Shown here: one piece after another, positions 54,071 to 63,261 of the stretch
How the letters are laid out: each line of letters starts with the position of its first letter
Numbering within the stretch: position 1 is the first letter of the stretch
The notes under the pieces: generated by a model
The model's database searches: none
Told to the model about the DNA's origin: nothing
The model's input: only the letters and a program-made list of their open reading frames with translations
Origin: an uncultured Acidobacteriota bacterium
GTDB taxonomy: Bacteria > Acidobacteriota > Vicinamibacteria > Fen-336
Assembly: GCA_963720545.1 (NCBI GenBank)
Contig: OY970399.1
Location: 1,504,001 to 1,568,000, forward strand
Direction: 5' to 3'
Length of the DNA stretch: 64,000 nt
Program-made: the position numbers and the translations under genes

Positions 54071-56314
54071 ATGGATCGAATGTGGTTGTCCCGCCGTGCC
54101 TCGTTGATCGCTGTTGCGCTCACCGGCGCCGCATGCGTGCCCTCCTCGGGATGCCGGTCGCGCGGCAACGTCACTGACTTTCTCGATAGCGCCGCCTCGG
54201 CAGCGCGGCTCGAAGCCGTGGTGGCCGGGCGCGATGCGGCCTGGGTGGGGCCGCAAACCGGCAAGCACGTGTGGATCAACGACGTCGCCTTCCGCACGCT
54301 TCCGGCCTCCCCGCCCAGCACCATCCGCTACAAGGTGCGCATCCCCCGCGGCGCGCGCCTCACGTTCGCCTGCGGCATTCCCGAGGCGCGCCAGGACCGC
54401 CCCGGCGTCGAGTTCGTGGTGAAGGTGCGCCGCAACGATTCGGAGGACGCGGTCTTCACGGAGCTCATCGACCCGCTGCGCCGCCCCGAGCACCGCACCT
54501 GGCAGCACCGCAGCGTCGACCTTGCGAAGTACGCGGGCGACGCCGAGATCACCTTCGAGACCCGCGGTTACGCGAGCGAAGAGAAGGACGCCGACGGCCG
54601 CTACGCCTATTGGGGGGCGCCGGCGCTGACGCTGCCGGCGGGCGCGGCGCCGCTGGTCATCGTCTATCTCGTCGACACGCTGCGCGCCGACCACACCTCG
54701 GCGTACGGCTACGCGCGCGACACGACACCGCGCCTCAACGAGTTCGCGAAGGATGCGGTGCTGTTCGAGACCGCGATCTCGCAGGCATCCTGGACCAAGC
54801 CGGCGGTCGCGTCGCTCTTCACCTCGCTGCTGCCGGGGCGTCACCGCGCCGTGCAGCTGCGCGACGCGCTCGACCTCGGCCATGTCACGATCGCCGAGAT
54901 GCTCGCCGCCAAGGGCTACGCGACGGGCGCCGCCATCGCCAACTCGGTGATCTACTCGCCCGGCAGCAACTTCGAGCAGGGCTTCGACTATTTCGCCGGC
55001 ATGCACGGCGAGGGCAACCGGCCGTCGAAGCTCGTCGGCGCCGCGAAGGTGGTGGACGGCGGGCTCGAGTGGCTGGAAGCGCGGCGCGGCATGCCCACCT
55101 TCCTCTACGTCCACACCATGGACCCGCACGTGCCCTACCAGCCGCCACCGCCGTTCGACCGCATGTTCGAGCCGCATCCGGCCCCGGGACATCCCGGCGC
55201 AGACCCGCGCACCGACTACACCGAGCCTGCCGACCGCGACCGGCTGATCGCGCAGTACGACGGCGACGTCGCGTACGGCGACCAGGAGTTCGGCCGCTTC
55301 GTCACCAGTCTGCGCGAGCGCGGCCTCTACGACCAGGCGACGATCGTGTTCCTCGGCGACCACGGCGAGGAATTCCTCGACCACGGCAAGTGGCTGCACG
55401 GCCGCAGCGTCTTCGACGAGTTGGTGCGCGTGCCGTTGCTCGTGAAGTTTCCTGGCAATCGCGGCGGCGGCAAGCGCGTGAAACAGATGGTGCAGGTGGT
55501 GGACGTGATGCCGACGATCCTGGCGCAGGAAGGGCTGCCGGTTCCCAACCCGCCGGTGATCGCGGGGCGGCCGCTGCAGAAAGTGGTCGCGGGCGGCGCG
55601 CCCGAACCGCCGGCCGTCTCCGAGATCTCGCACCGCGGCAACGTCGCCTTCGGCATGCGCACGGCGCAGGACAAGTACATCCGCCGTTTCGCTCCCGAAG
55701 AGGACGAGCTCTATTTCGACCTCGTGGACGACCCGAAGGAAGTGGCGAACCGTTTCGATCCTGGCTCGGAGCGGGTGCGCATGCTGAAGGCGGGGGTGGA
55801 AGCGGCGATGGTGCCGAACCCGTTCCGCCACAACATGCGCGTCACCGGCCCCGGCCGCTACGAGCTGCGGCTGCGCACCGGCGGCTGGGTCGAGGGAGTC
55901 GAAGCAGCAGGCCTCGGCAGCGGCGAACGCTACAGCGTCGAGGCCAACGGCCGGCGGCTGAGCCTGAGCCTCGCGCCCGGCGCCGGCAAGGAGCGGCTCA
56001 TCGCCTTCGGCGTGCGGCCCATCGGCGCGCCGGTGTGGGTGGAGGGCACGAAGGACGGCCGCCCGCTCGCGGCGGGCGAGGTGTTCATCGCCGAGGAGGG
56101 CGTGCACCCCGCGGCCGTGCCCTTCAAGTTCCCCGAGATCGAGTCGTCGTCCGAAAACGAGAACGAGCGCTTCTACAACGTGCTGGCGCCGCCCAGGGGA
56201 GCGCATCACGGCATTTCCCTGTGGCTCGCTGCGCAGTCCGGCAAGCGCTACCTCGAGCTCGACAAGGAAACCCGCGAGCGCCTCAAAGCTCTCGGCTACC
56301 TGGGCCCGGGCTAG
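54071..56314 (+). CDS. Sulfatase-like alkaline-phosphatase-superfamily protein (WTxP type), possible lipoprotein
   Basis: VDTLRADH, SWTKPAVAS, HTMDPHVPY, GDHGEEF, C-terminal RLKALGY. Start may be ATG 54080. Confidence 0.85.
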   Translation: MDRMWLSRRASLIAVALTGAACVPSSGCRSRGNVTDFLDSAASAARLEAVVAGRDAAWVGPQTGKHVWINDVAFRTLPASPPSTIRYKVRIPRGARLTFACGIPEARQDRPGVEFVVKVRRNDSEDAVFTELIDPLRRPEHRTWQHRSVDLAKYAGDAEITFETRGYASEEKDADGRYAYWGAPALTLPAGAAPLVIVYLVDTLRADHTSAYGYARDTTPRLNEFAKDAVLFETAISQASWTKPAVASLFTSLLPGRHRAVQLRDALDLGHVTIAEMLAAKGYATGAAIANSVIYSPGSNFEQGFDYFAGMHGEGNRPSKLVGAAKVVDGGLEWLEARRGMPTFLYVHTMDPHVPYQPPPPFDRMFEPHPAPGHPGADPRTDYTEPADRDRLIAQYDGDVAYGDQEFGRFVTSLRERGLYDQATIVFLGDHGEEFLDHGKWLHGRSVFDELVRVPLLVKFPGNRGGGKRVKQMVQVVDVMPTILAQEGLPVPNPPVIAGRPLQKVVAGGAPEPPAVSEISHRGNVAFGMRTAQDKYIRRFAPEEDELYFDLVDDPKEVANRFDPGSERVRMLKAGVEAAMVPNPFRHNMRVTGPGRYELRLRTGGWVEGVEAAGLGSGERYSVEANGRRLSLSLAPGAGKERLIAFGVRPIGAPVWVEGTKDGRPLAAGEVFIAEEGVHPAAVPFKFPEIESSSENENERFYNVLAPPRGAHHGISLWLAAQSGKRYLELDKETRERLKALGYLGPG

Positions 56315-56317
56315 GGC

Positions 56318-56968
56318 GTGAAGCGGCCGCGCCTCGTGGTCTTCGACCTCGACGGCACCCTCATCGATTCGGTGGCGGATCTCGCGACCGCGCTGAACGA
56401 AACGCTGCGCGACCTCGAGCCAGGCTCGCTGGGCCTGCCGCTCGACCGGGTGCGCTCGTTCGTCGGTGAAGGCGCGCGGCGGCTGGTGTCGCGCGGCCTC
56501 GACGCCGCGGGCATTCCCACGGATCCCGATGCCGCGGTGAACGTTTTCATGGAGCGCTACTCCCACCACCTGCTCGACACCACGCGCTTCTATCCCGGAG
56601 TCGAGGCACTCCTGCGCGGCCTCGCCGGCCGGCGGCTCGCGGTGCTCACCAACAAGCCGGGCGGCTTCAGTCGCGCGATCCTCGCGGGCCTGGGCGGCGC
56701 CGGGCATTTTTTCGCGGTCATTGGCGGCGACGACGGCGCGCGCAAGCCCGACCCTGCCGGTTTGCTGCGGCTTTGTGCCGCTGCCGGCGCCGCGCCGCGA
56801 GAAGCCGTGCTCGTGGGCGATTCGGCGATCGACGTGCGCACGGCGCGTGCCGCGTCGGTGCCGATGATCGGCGTCAGCTGGGGCCTGGCGCCGGCGGGAT
56901 TCGCCGCCGACCCGCCGGACTTCGTGGTGCACACTCCAGCGGAGCTGCTCGCAGCGCTCGGCGGCTGA
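56318..56968 (+). CDS. gph: HAD phosphatase, phosphoglycolate phosphatase-like
   Basis: FDLDGTLIDS, LTNK, RKPDP, VGDS..D. Confidence 0.82.
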   Translation: MKRPRLVVFDLDGTLIDSVADLATALNETLRDLEPGSLGLPLDRVRSFVGEGARRLVSRGLDAAGIPTDPDAAVNVFMERYSHHLLDTTRFYPGVEALLRGLAGRRLAVLTNKPGGFSRAILAGLGGAGHFFAVIGGDDGARKPDPAGLLRLCAAAGAAPREAVLVGDSAIDVRTARAASVPMIGVSWGLAPAGFAADPPDFVVHTPAELLAALGG

Positions 56969-56983
56969 AGCCATCCCGCGCGC

Positions 56984-57023
56984 TTGACAGCGTGATACCA
57001 CTGTGATATCACTTTGATGTCAC
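56984..57023 (+). promoter_or_regulatory. sigma70-type promoter overlapped by three phased operator-like palindromes
   Basis: TTGACA 56984-89; TGATACCAC 56993, TGATATCAC 57004, TGATGTCAC 57015 (11-bp period). Confidence 0.7.
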
Positions 57024-57035
57024 GGAGGAATGGCG

Positions 57036-57908
57036 ATGGCGATGATCCAGGAAAAGCTGCGCGGCACGGCGTCGGGCTTGGCGATGATCGGCGTGGTTCT
57101 GGCGCTGTTGGCGGCCGGCGCTTTCGGTGTCCACCAGGCGGCGCTCACCGCGTCGCCGGCCCTCGGCATTGGCGCCGGGTTGGTCGTCGCGCTGGCGGCG
57201 TTCGTTGCCGCCGGGCTCTTCATGGTGAACCCCAACGAGGCGCGGGTGCTGCAGCTCTTCGGCGCCTATCGCGGCACGGTCCGCGACTCGGGCCTGCGCT
57301 GGGCGAACCCGTTCTTCTCCAAGCGCCCGTTGTCGGTGCGGGTCCGCAACTTCGAGAGCGGCAAGCTGAAGGTGAACGACCGCGAAGGCAACCCGATCGA
57401 GATCGCGGCCATCGTCGTGTGGCGCGTGGTCGATACGGCGGAGGCGCTGTTCGAGGTGGACAACTACGAGAACTACATCAAGGTGCAGAGCGAGTCGGCG
57501 CTGCGCGGGCTCGCCAGCCGCTACGCGTACGACGGCGGCGACGAGGACGTCTCGCTGCGCGGCGGCACCCAGGCCGTGGCCGCCGACCTGCAGCACGAGG
57601 TGCAGGCGCGCCTGGCCAAGGCCGGCATCGAGGTGATGGAAGCGCGCATCAGCCACCTCGCGTACGCTCCCGAGATCGCCGCCGCCATGCTGCGCCGCCA
57701 GCAGGCGGGCGCCATCATCGCCGCACGGCAGAAGATCGTCGAAGGCGCGGTCGGCATGGTGGAGATGGCGCTCGATATGCTGGCGAAGAGCGACAAGGTG
57801 GCGCTCGACGAGGACCGTAAGGCGGCCATGGTGAGCAACCTGCTGGTGGTGCTGTGCGCCGACCGCGAGGCCCAGCCGGTGGTCAACACCGGCACGCTCT
57901 ATCAATAG
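57036..57908 (+). CDS. SPFH/band-7 domain membrane protein
   Basis: Two TM helices, [58 protein letters not shown] favours ATG 57036 (alternative 57030). Confidence 0.9.
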   Translation: MAMIQEKLRGTASGLAMIGVVLALLAAGAFGVHQAALTASPALGIGAGLVVALAAFVAAGLFMVNPNEARVLQLFGAYRGTVRDSGLRWANPFFSKRPLSVRVRNFESGKLKVNDREGNPIEIAAIVVWRVVDTAEALFEVDNYENYIKVQSESALRGLASRYAYDGGDEDVSLRGGTQAVAADLQHEVQARLAKAGIEVMEARISHLAYAPEIAAAMLRRQQAGAIIAARQKIVEGAVGMVEMALDMLAKSDKVALDEDRKAAMVSNLLVVLCADREAQPVVNTGTLYQ

Positions 57909-57912
57909 GCCG

Positions 57913-58101
57913 ATGGCGGAACGCAAGGCCTTCCTGCTGCGGATCGACCCGGCGGTGCTGGGCGCCGTGCAGAAGTGGGCGGACGACGACCTGCGCAGCC
58001 TGAACGCGCAGGTCGAGTTCCTGCTGCGGCGGGTGCTTGCCGATGCCGGGCGCCTCAGGACGCCAAAGCCGAAGCCGCAGTCCGCCGACCAGAAGCCCTG
58101 A
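57913..58101 (+). CDS. Arc/ribbon-helix-helix DNA-binding protein
   Basis: RKAFLLRIDP...WADDDLRSLNAQVEFLL, an Arc-like pattern. Confidence 0.8.
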   Translation: MAERKAFLLRIDPAVLGAVQKWADDDLRSLNAQVEFLLRRVLADAGRLRTPKPKPQSADQKP

Positions 58102-58111
58102 GGGGCGGCCG

Positions 58112-58753
58112 CTACCGCACTGCGCCGCGCAGCACGTCGGCGGTGCGCACGATCGCGACTCCGCGGCTGCGCCAGTCGGCAACCAGCTCGCGCCCGCGGC
58201 GCGCGTGAATCGGCCGCGCGGCGTCCGCGACCAGGGCCACGTCGATGCCGCCGCGCGCCAGGAAGCCCTCGATCGCGTAGGCGTTGCAGACATCGGTGGC
58301 AACCCCGTAGACCACGATGGTGCGCGGCACCAGCAGGTCGAGGAGCCGCGTGGTGTTCGGATTCGTGAACACGTCGAAGCACGACTTCCGGACGAGGATG
58401 GCGGTCCGCTCCCCCACCAGCCGGCGCAAGGCACTCACGGCGAGCGCCTTGCTGCTGTTGGGCACGACCGCGGGGTCGCGCATGGCGGTGGCGGCGATCT
58501 TGCGCTGGCCGCGCGTGCCGCGCAGGCAGTGCGGCGGAAAGGTCGTGAGGAAATCGGGGTTGGGCGAAATCTCGGGATCGGCGAGCACGTGATCGTCCAC
58601 CGATGCCACGCGCACGATGCCGTGGGTGCGCGCGTAGCTCGTCAGCGCGCGCAGGCGCGGCACGATGCGCTCGGCGCCCGGGACGTAGAGCTTGCCCTCG
58701 GAACGCATGAAATCGAACTGCGTGTCCACGTCCCAGAACACCAAAGAAGCCAT
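58112..58753 (-). CDS. pncA: Nicotinamidase/isochorismatase family cysteine hydrolase
   Basis: DVDTQFDF, D.H, FPPHC, K, GVATDVC. Confidence 0.82.
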   Translation of the reverse strand: MASLVFWDVDTQFDFMRSEGKLYVPGAERIVPRLRALTSYARTHGIVRVASVDDHVLADPEISPNPDFLTTFPPHCLRGTRGQRKIAATAMRDPAVVPNSSKALAVSALRRLVGERTAILVRKSCFDVFTNPNTTRLLDLLVPRTIVVYGVATDVCNAYAIEGFLARGGIDVALVADAARPIHARRGRELVADWRSRGVAIVRTADVLRGAVR

Positions 58754-58800
58754 CACACCCTCGCGAGTCCATCCTACGCGGAGTTGGTAGAGTCACCGGC

Positions 58801-59544
58801 GTGCCACCCCTCGTGATCGCGCATCGCGGCGACTCGTCCGCGCGCCCGGAGAATACGTTGCTGTCGTTCGCGAGCGCCCTCGAAGCGGGCGCAGCACTCG
58901 TGGAGTTCGACGTGCAGCTGACGCGCGACCGGCAAATCGTGGTCATCCACGACCCCAGCGTCGATCGCACCACCGACGGCCGCGGCGCCGTCAAGGACCT
59001 GACGCTCGCCGAGATCCGCAAGCTGTCGGCGGGCTATCCGCAGCGCTTCGGCGCGGCATACCGCGGCGAACGGGTGCCGACGCTCGCCGAGGTGCTTGGG
59101 TTCCTCAAGGGCCGCGCGCGCGCGCTGGTGGAGATCAAGCACGAAGCGATGAGCGACGATGCCGACGCCGGCATCGAAGCGCTGACGGTTGCCGCGATCC
59201 GCCGCCAGGAAATGCAGCACCAGGCGGTGATCCTCGCCTTCCACCCCGAGGCGCTGCGCCGCTGCCGCCGTCACGGCCCCGAGATCGTGCGCGGCCACCT
59301 GTTCCACGACCGCTCGCCCGCGGACATCGTCGCCGGCGCCCTCGACGCCGGCGCGCCGCTGGTCCTGCCCCACAAGTCGCTGCTCAGCGACGACCTCGCG
59401 GCGCGCTGCGCCGCCGCGTCGCTCAAGGTGGCCACGTGGGTCGTCGACGACCCCGAAGAACTGCAGTCGCTGCAGCGCTTCGACCTCTACGGCATCGGCA
59501 CCAACCGCCCGGCCGCCATCCTCGAGGCGCTTCTCCCCGCCTGA
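58801..59544 (+). CDS. Glycerophosphodiester phosphodiesterase
   Basis: IAHRG, PENT, EFDV, IHD, VPTL.E, VEIK, TNRP. Confidence 0.9.
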   Translation: MPPLVIAHRGDSSARPENTLLSFASALEAGAALVEFDVQLTRDRQIVVIHDPSVDRTTDGRGAVKDLTLAEIRKLSAGYPQRFGAAYRGERVPTLAEVLGFLKGRARALVEIKHEAMSDDADAGIEALTVAAIRRQEMQHQAVILAFHPEALRRCRRHGPEIVRGHLFHDRSPADIVAGALDAGAPLVLPHKSLLSDDLAARCAAASLKVATWVVDDPEELQSLQRFDLYGIGTNRPAAILEALLPA

Positions 59545-59547
59545 GCG

Positions 59548-60777
59548 CTACTGCTCGACTTCGTGGATGACGAGGCCCGCCGGCAGCTTGGGCTGGAAGA
59601 AGGTGCTCTTCGGCGGCATCGACAGGCGGTTGTCGGCGACGGCCTTGATCTGCGCTACCGGGGTGCCGCGCATCAGCACCGCCAGGCGGCACCGATCCTC
59701 CTCGAGGGCTTCCTCGGCTTCGCGCAGCGAGTGCACGAACTGCACGCTCTCCTCGGGCACGTGCAGCAGGCTCGGCAGCACGCCGTGGTGCAGCAGGTAG
59801 CTGTCGAGCGCGGCGAGTGGTGCCGGCGTGTCGGCGCCGATCAGGGCGCGAGCGCCTGGCAGCGACTCGGCCACGAACACGCCGCGGCCGGGCTCGGCAA
59901 GTGCGAACGCGTGTGGCATCGGCGACTGCGCCGCCTCGTGGGCGCCTGCGGCCACGCTCTTCACGTCGCGCACGCGGAACAGGGAGCCGAGCGCATCGCG
60001 CGCCTGCTCCAGCGAGGGACCGCTCGTCAGCACTCGGTGATAGGGCTGCACCGACAGGCCCGGCGACTGCATCGGCGTGAAGTACGCCATGGTCCAGGCG
60101 CCTTCCGGGCCGACCTGGTCGCGGTAGCGCAGCGCGGTCGCGTAGCGGTGATGGCCGTCGGCGATGTACGAGAGGCCCGTGGCGATGAGCGCCGTGTAGC
60201 GCTCCATGTCGCCGCCCGCCGCCAGGTAGAGACGGTTGACGACGCGCTGGTCGTCGAGGTACGCGGCTACGGGCGAAACGTTCGCGATGCTCTTGGCGAG
60301 CGCCGCCGCCAGCTCGCCGCGCGGGTCGTCGTGCATCAAGAAGATCGGGCTGAAGTTGGCGCGGGTCGCGAGCAGCATGCGCCAGCGGTCCTCGCGCGCC
60401 GCGGCGCGGGTGTGCTCGTGCGGCAGGATCGAACCGCTCTCGAGGTCCTCGGCGCGGCAGCGCGCGATCAGGCCGAGCCGCTTCAGTTCCCTGCCGTCAA
60501 TGTCGAAGGTCTGCTCGAGCACGTAGTAGGAGGGTTCATCGTCGGCGCGGATCACCCGCTCAGCGCGCAGTCGCAGCAGCGTGTCGCCCGCATCCGCGTA
60601 GCCGGCATCGCCCAGCGTGCGGTTCAGCTCCATGCGGATGACGTTGCGCGGATCGCGGGCGTAGAGCGCGTCGCGGTAGGAAGCCGAGATGACGTCGTAG
60701 GGCGGCGACAGCACGAGGGCGAGGTCTTCGCCGCCGATGTGGTAGCGCAGGCCGCGGAACGGGCGAATCTCTGGCAT
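59548..60777 (-). CDS. DUF1015 family protein
   Basis: PFRGLRY, PPYDVI, LPHE.T, IADGHHRY, MPPKSTFF.PK. Confidence 0.9.
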   Translation of the reverse strand: MPEIRPFRGLRYHIGGEDLALVLSPPYDVISASYRDALYARDPRNVIRMELNRTLGDAGYADAGDTLLRLRAERVIRADDEPSYYVLEQTFDIDGRELKRLGLIARCRAEDLESGSILPHEHTRAAAREDRWRMLLATRANFSPIFLMHDDPRGELAAALAKSIANVSPVAAYLDDQRVVNRLYLAAGGDMERYTALIATGLSYIADGHHRYATALRYRDQVGPEGAWTMAYFTPMQSPGLSVQPYHRVLTSGPSLEQARDALGSLFRVRDVKSVAAGAHEAAQSPMPHAFALAEPGRGVFVAESLPGARALIGADTPAPLAALDSYLLHHGVLPSLLHVPEESVQFVHSLREAEEALEEDRCRLAVLMRGTPVAQIKAVADNRLSMPPKSTFFQPKLPAGLVIHEVEQ

Positions 60778-62006
60778 CAGAACTCCGACACGAAATCGAC
60801 ATGGTAAAGCAGGCGCGCCGAGCCGACTCCGATCTCGGCGCCGTTCTCGAGCGCCGCGGACTCGATGCGCTTGCCATTGATCCACGTGCCGTTGCGGCTC
60901 TTGAGGTCGGTGAGGGTGAAGCCGTCCGAAGTGCGGTCGAGGCGCGCGTGGAACCCCGACACCTTGGGATCGGTGATGACGATGTCGTTGGTGCGGTGCC
61001 GGCCGATGGCGTACGAGTCGCGGTTCAGCGGCAGCGCGTTCATGGCGCCGCTCTGGCCCTGGACGATGAGCCGGCTCAGCGTGACGTGCTTGACGCGCTC
61101 GGCGTAGCCGACCGCCTCCGCCTGCACCAGGTGGCGGCGGTCGTCCTCGGCCTTGGGCTCGATCGGCGCCGACGAGCTCATGGCGACCGATGTGACGGGA
61201 CCAGGGTCGCCCTTCTCGCGCAGCTCGCGCGTGCCGGGCCCGGCCGCCACCACTTCGATCGCGACCGCCTGCGCCGCCTCCTCGAGCCGCTCGGGGCCGA
61301 GCCGCAGGAAGCGCGCCAACAGCATGCGGTCGACGATCGCGAGCGCCTCGCCGTTTTCGCCAAGCCCCGCGAGGCGGCACACTTCCTCGGCGGTGCGCCG
61401 GCCGTCGACGAGGAACAACACGCGCCATTCCTCTTCGGTGAGCGACACCGTCTGCTTGAGGCTCTCGGCGCTCAGCAGCGCTTCGAGCATGTGGCACGCG
61501 CGCCTGGGCAGGCTCTCGCCCACGGCGGCGGGGTCGATGCGGCGCACGCCCTCCATCACCAGGCTGTAGAAATCGAGGTCGAGGCGAACCGACTTGATCG
61601 GCACCGGGACGCCGGGAAAGAACGTGAAGCAGCCCCTCGCCCAGGAAAAGGCGTCGAAGAGAATGGCGGACGCCTGCACCTTGAGCGCCGCGAGCAGGTC
61701 GGCTTCGGTGAGGTCGCCCGAAGCGATGAGCTGCTGGCCCAGCCGCAGCGGCGAGGCGTCGTGCAGGCGTAGCGCTTCCTTCACCTTCGCCGGCGCGACC
61801 TTGCCCTGGCGCTCGAGCAGGCCGCCGAGCCGGAATTCGGGGCGCGTCGAGTGCGCGCTCACCGGCCGGCCTTCTTCGACGAAGATCTTGGCCTCCGCCT
61901 CGTCCGTCTCGAGGACCAGGGCGCCGCTGCGCCGGCTGCGGTGCAGCATGCCGAGCACGTCGGGCAGGGCGAACCCCGCGAGGTCGCCGCGCAGGGAGCT
62001 CTGCAT
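60777..62006 (-). CDS. DUF4388 domain plus C-terminal FHA domain protein
   Basis: LRGDL..F.LPDVL...RSG.L; RLG.LL; FHA IGR...VSGFHA...DLKSRNGTWING. Confidence 0.85.
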   Translation of the reverse strand: MQSSLRGDLAGFALPDVLGMLHRSRRSGALVLETDEAEAKIFVEEGRPVSAHSTRPEFRLGGLLERQGKVAPAKVKEALRLHDASPLRLGQQLIASGDLTEADLLAALKVQASAILFDAFSWARGCFTFFPGVPVPIKSVRLDLDFYSLVMEGVRRIDPAAVGESLPRRACHMLEALLSAESLKQTVSLTEEEWRVLFLVDGRRTAEEVCRLAGLGENGEALAIVDRMLLARFLRLGPERLEEAAQAVAIEVVAAGPGTRELREKGDPGPVTSVAMSSSAPIEPKAEDDRRHLVQAEAVGYAERVKHVTLSRLIVQGQSGAMNALPLNRDSYAIGRHRTNDIVITDPKVSGFHARLDRTSDGFTLTDLKSRNGTWINGKRIESAALENGAEIGVGSARLLYHVDFVSEF

Positions 62007-63238
62007 CAGGAGCCCTGCGCCGCCTGCGCGACGATGCCGTCCGCGAAGTCGATGACGCCGCGCACGTAGCGGCGCTTCTCCAGGTATGAGCCGGGGAAGA
62101 AGCTGCGCTTGAAGCCGTAGATGAGGATGTCGCGCACTTCGCGCAGCGAGAGCGAGAACGCCTCCATCGCGCGCGTGATCTCGCGGGTGACGGTGGTGTT
62201 CGAGACCAGGCGGTTGTCGGTGCAGAAGGTCGTCGAGAGGCGGCGCTTGCGCATCTCGCCGAACGGATGCAGCCGCAGGTCGGCGGCCAGCTCGGGGACC
62301 GTCTGCTGGTTGGAAGTGAGGCACACCTCGAGCGTGATGCGCTTGTCGGCGACGAACTGGACGAGGCGCTCGATGTAGGCCTTGCGGTCCTTGATGCGCG
62401 GATCGGTGATCTTCGCCTCGTCGAACAGCCACGTGCCGTGGCCGATGCGGTCGGCGTGCAGGTCGCCGATCGCCTGGAAGATCGACTCCGGACCGTAGTC
62501 CTCGCCGGCATGCACTGTCTTACCGAGGAACGCCTCGTGCGCCACCTGGTATGCGGCGCGATGATCCTCGGCCGGATAGCCCTTCTCCTGGCCGGCGAGG
62601 TCGAGGCCGACGACCAGCAGGCCCTCCTCGTGCTTGAGGCGCGCGGCGGCGCGCGCCACCTCCAGGCTCGCGGCGCGGTAGATCTCCTGCGGGCGCGCCT
62701 CCGACATCGCCTCGAAGAAGCGCCGGTAGCCGGGCGAGAAGTGCTCGTTGAAGAAGCGCATGCCGCACAGGATGATGCCGGCCGCGAACGGCGGTTCGGC
62801 GCCGGAGACGATCTCGGGACGCGCGTTGAACTCGGCGGCGGCGCGGCGCAGGCCGCGGTCCACGGCGCGCACCACGTCGCGAATCTCGAAACCGGAGTGC
62901 ACGTGCAGGTGTGGCGCGAAGCGCACCTCGATGTAGCGCACGCCCTCATCCTGGTTGTCGACGGCGAGCTCGTACGACACGCGCTCCAGCGCCTCGGCGT
63001 CGTTCAGCACCGCCACCGTGTAAGCGAAGCCCTCGAGATACTCGCCGAGGTTCTGGTAGCGGTCGCGAAACACCAGCTCGCGCAGGCCTGCCGGCGTCTG
63101 CGACGGCAGCGCGACGTTGCGGTCGCGGGCGAGGTCGATGAGCGTCTCGAGGCGCAGCGAGCCGTCGAGGTGCAGGTGCAGGTCGTTCTTGGGAAGGCGC
63201 CTGATGGCGTCGCTTTCGGCCGGCGTGATGGTGCGCAT
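62006..63238 (-). CDS. add: Adenosine deaminase family protein
   Basis: PKNDLHLHLDGS, YIEVRFAP, DLAG.E, TVHAGE, RIGHG, EVCLTSN, TDN. Confidence 0.88.
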   Translation of the reverse strand: MRTITPAESDAIRRLPKNDLHLHLDGSLRLETLIDLARDRNVALPSQTPAGLRELVFRDRYQNLGEYLEGFAYTVAVLNDAEALERVSYELAVDNQDEGVRYIEVRFAPHLHVHSGFEIRDVVRAVDRGLRRAAAEFNARPEIVSGAEPPFAAGIILCGMRFFNEHFSPGYRRFFEAMSEARPQEIYRAASLEVARAAARLKHEEGLLVVGLDLAGQEKGYPAEDHRAAYQVAHEAFLGKTVHAGEDYGPESIFQAIGDLHADRIGHGTWLFDEAKITDPRIKDRKAYIERLVQFVADKRITLEVCLTSNQQTVPELAADLRLHPFGEMRKRRLSTTFCTDNRLVSNTTVTREITRAMEAFSLSLREVRDILIYGFKRSFFPGSYLEKRRYVRGVIDFADGIVAQAAQGS

Positions 63239-63261
63239 CGTGTGCTTGCCGCTATTGTCCT

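Noticed and set aside
53519..57001. 1160-aa minus-strand ORF
   Set aside because: Antisense shadow of the sulfatase-like and HAD genes
58760..58830. tRNA (AGTTGGTAGAG resembles a D-loop)
   Set aside because: No T-loop or acceptor stem; better explained as the extended -10 box TGgTAGAGT
59548..62949. 1133-aa fusion ORF ending in DUF1015
   Set aside because: The upstream part is an off-frame overlap of add and DUF4388-FHA; the real start is ATG 60777
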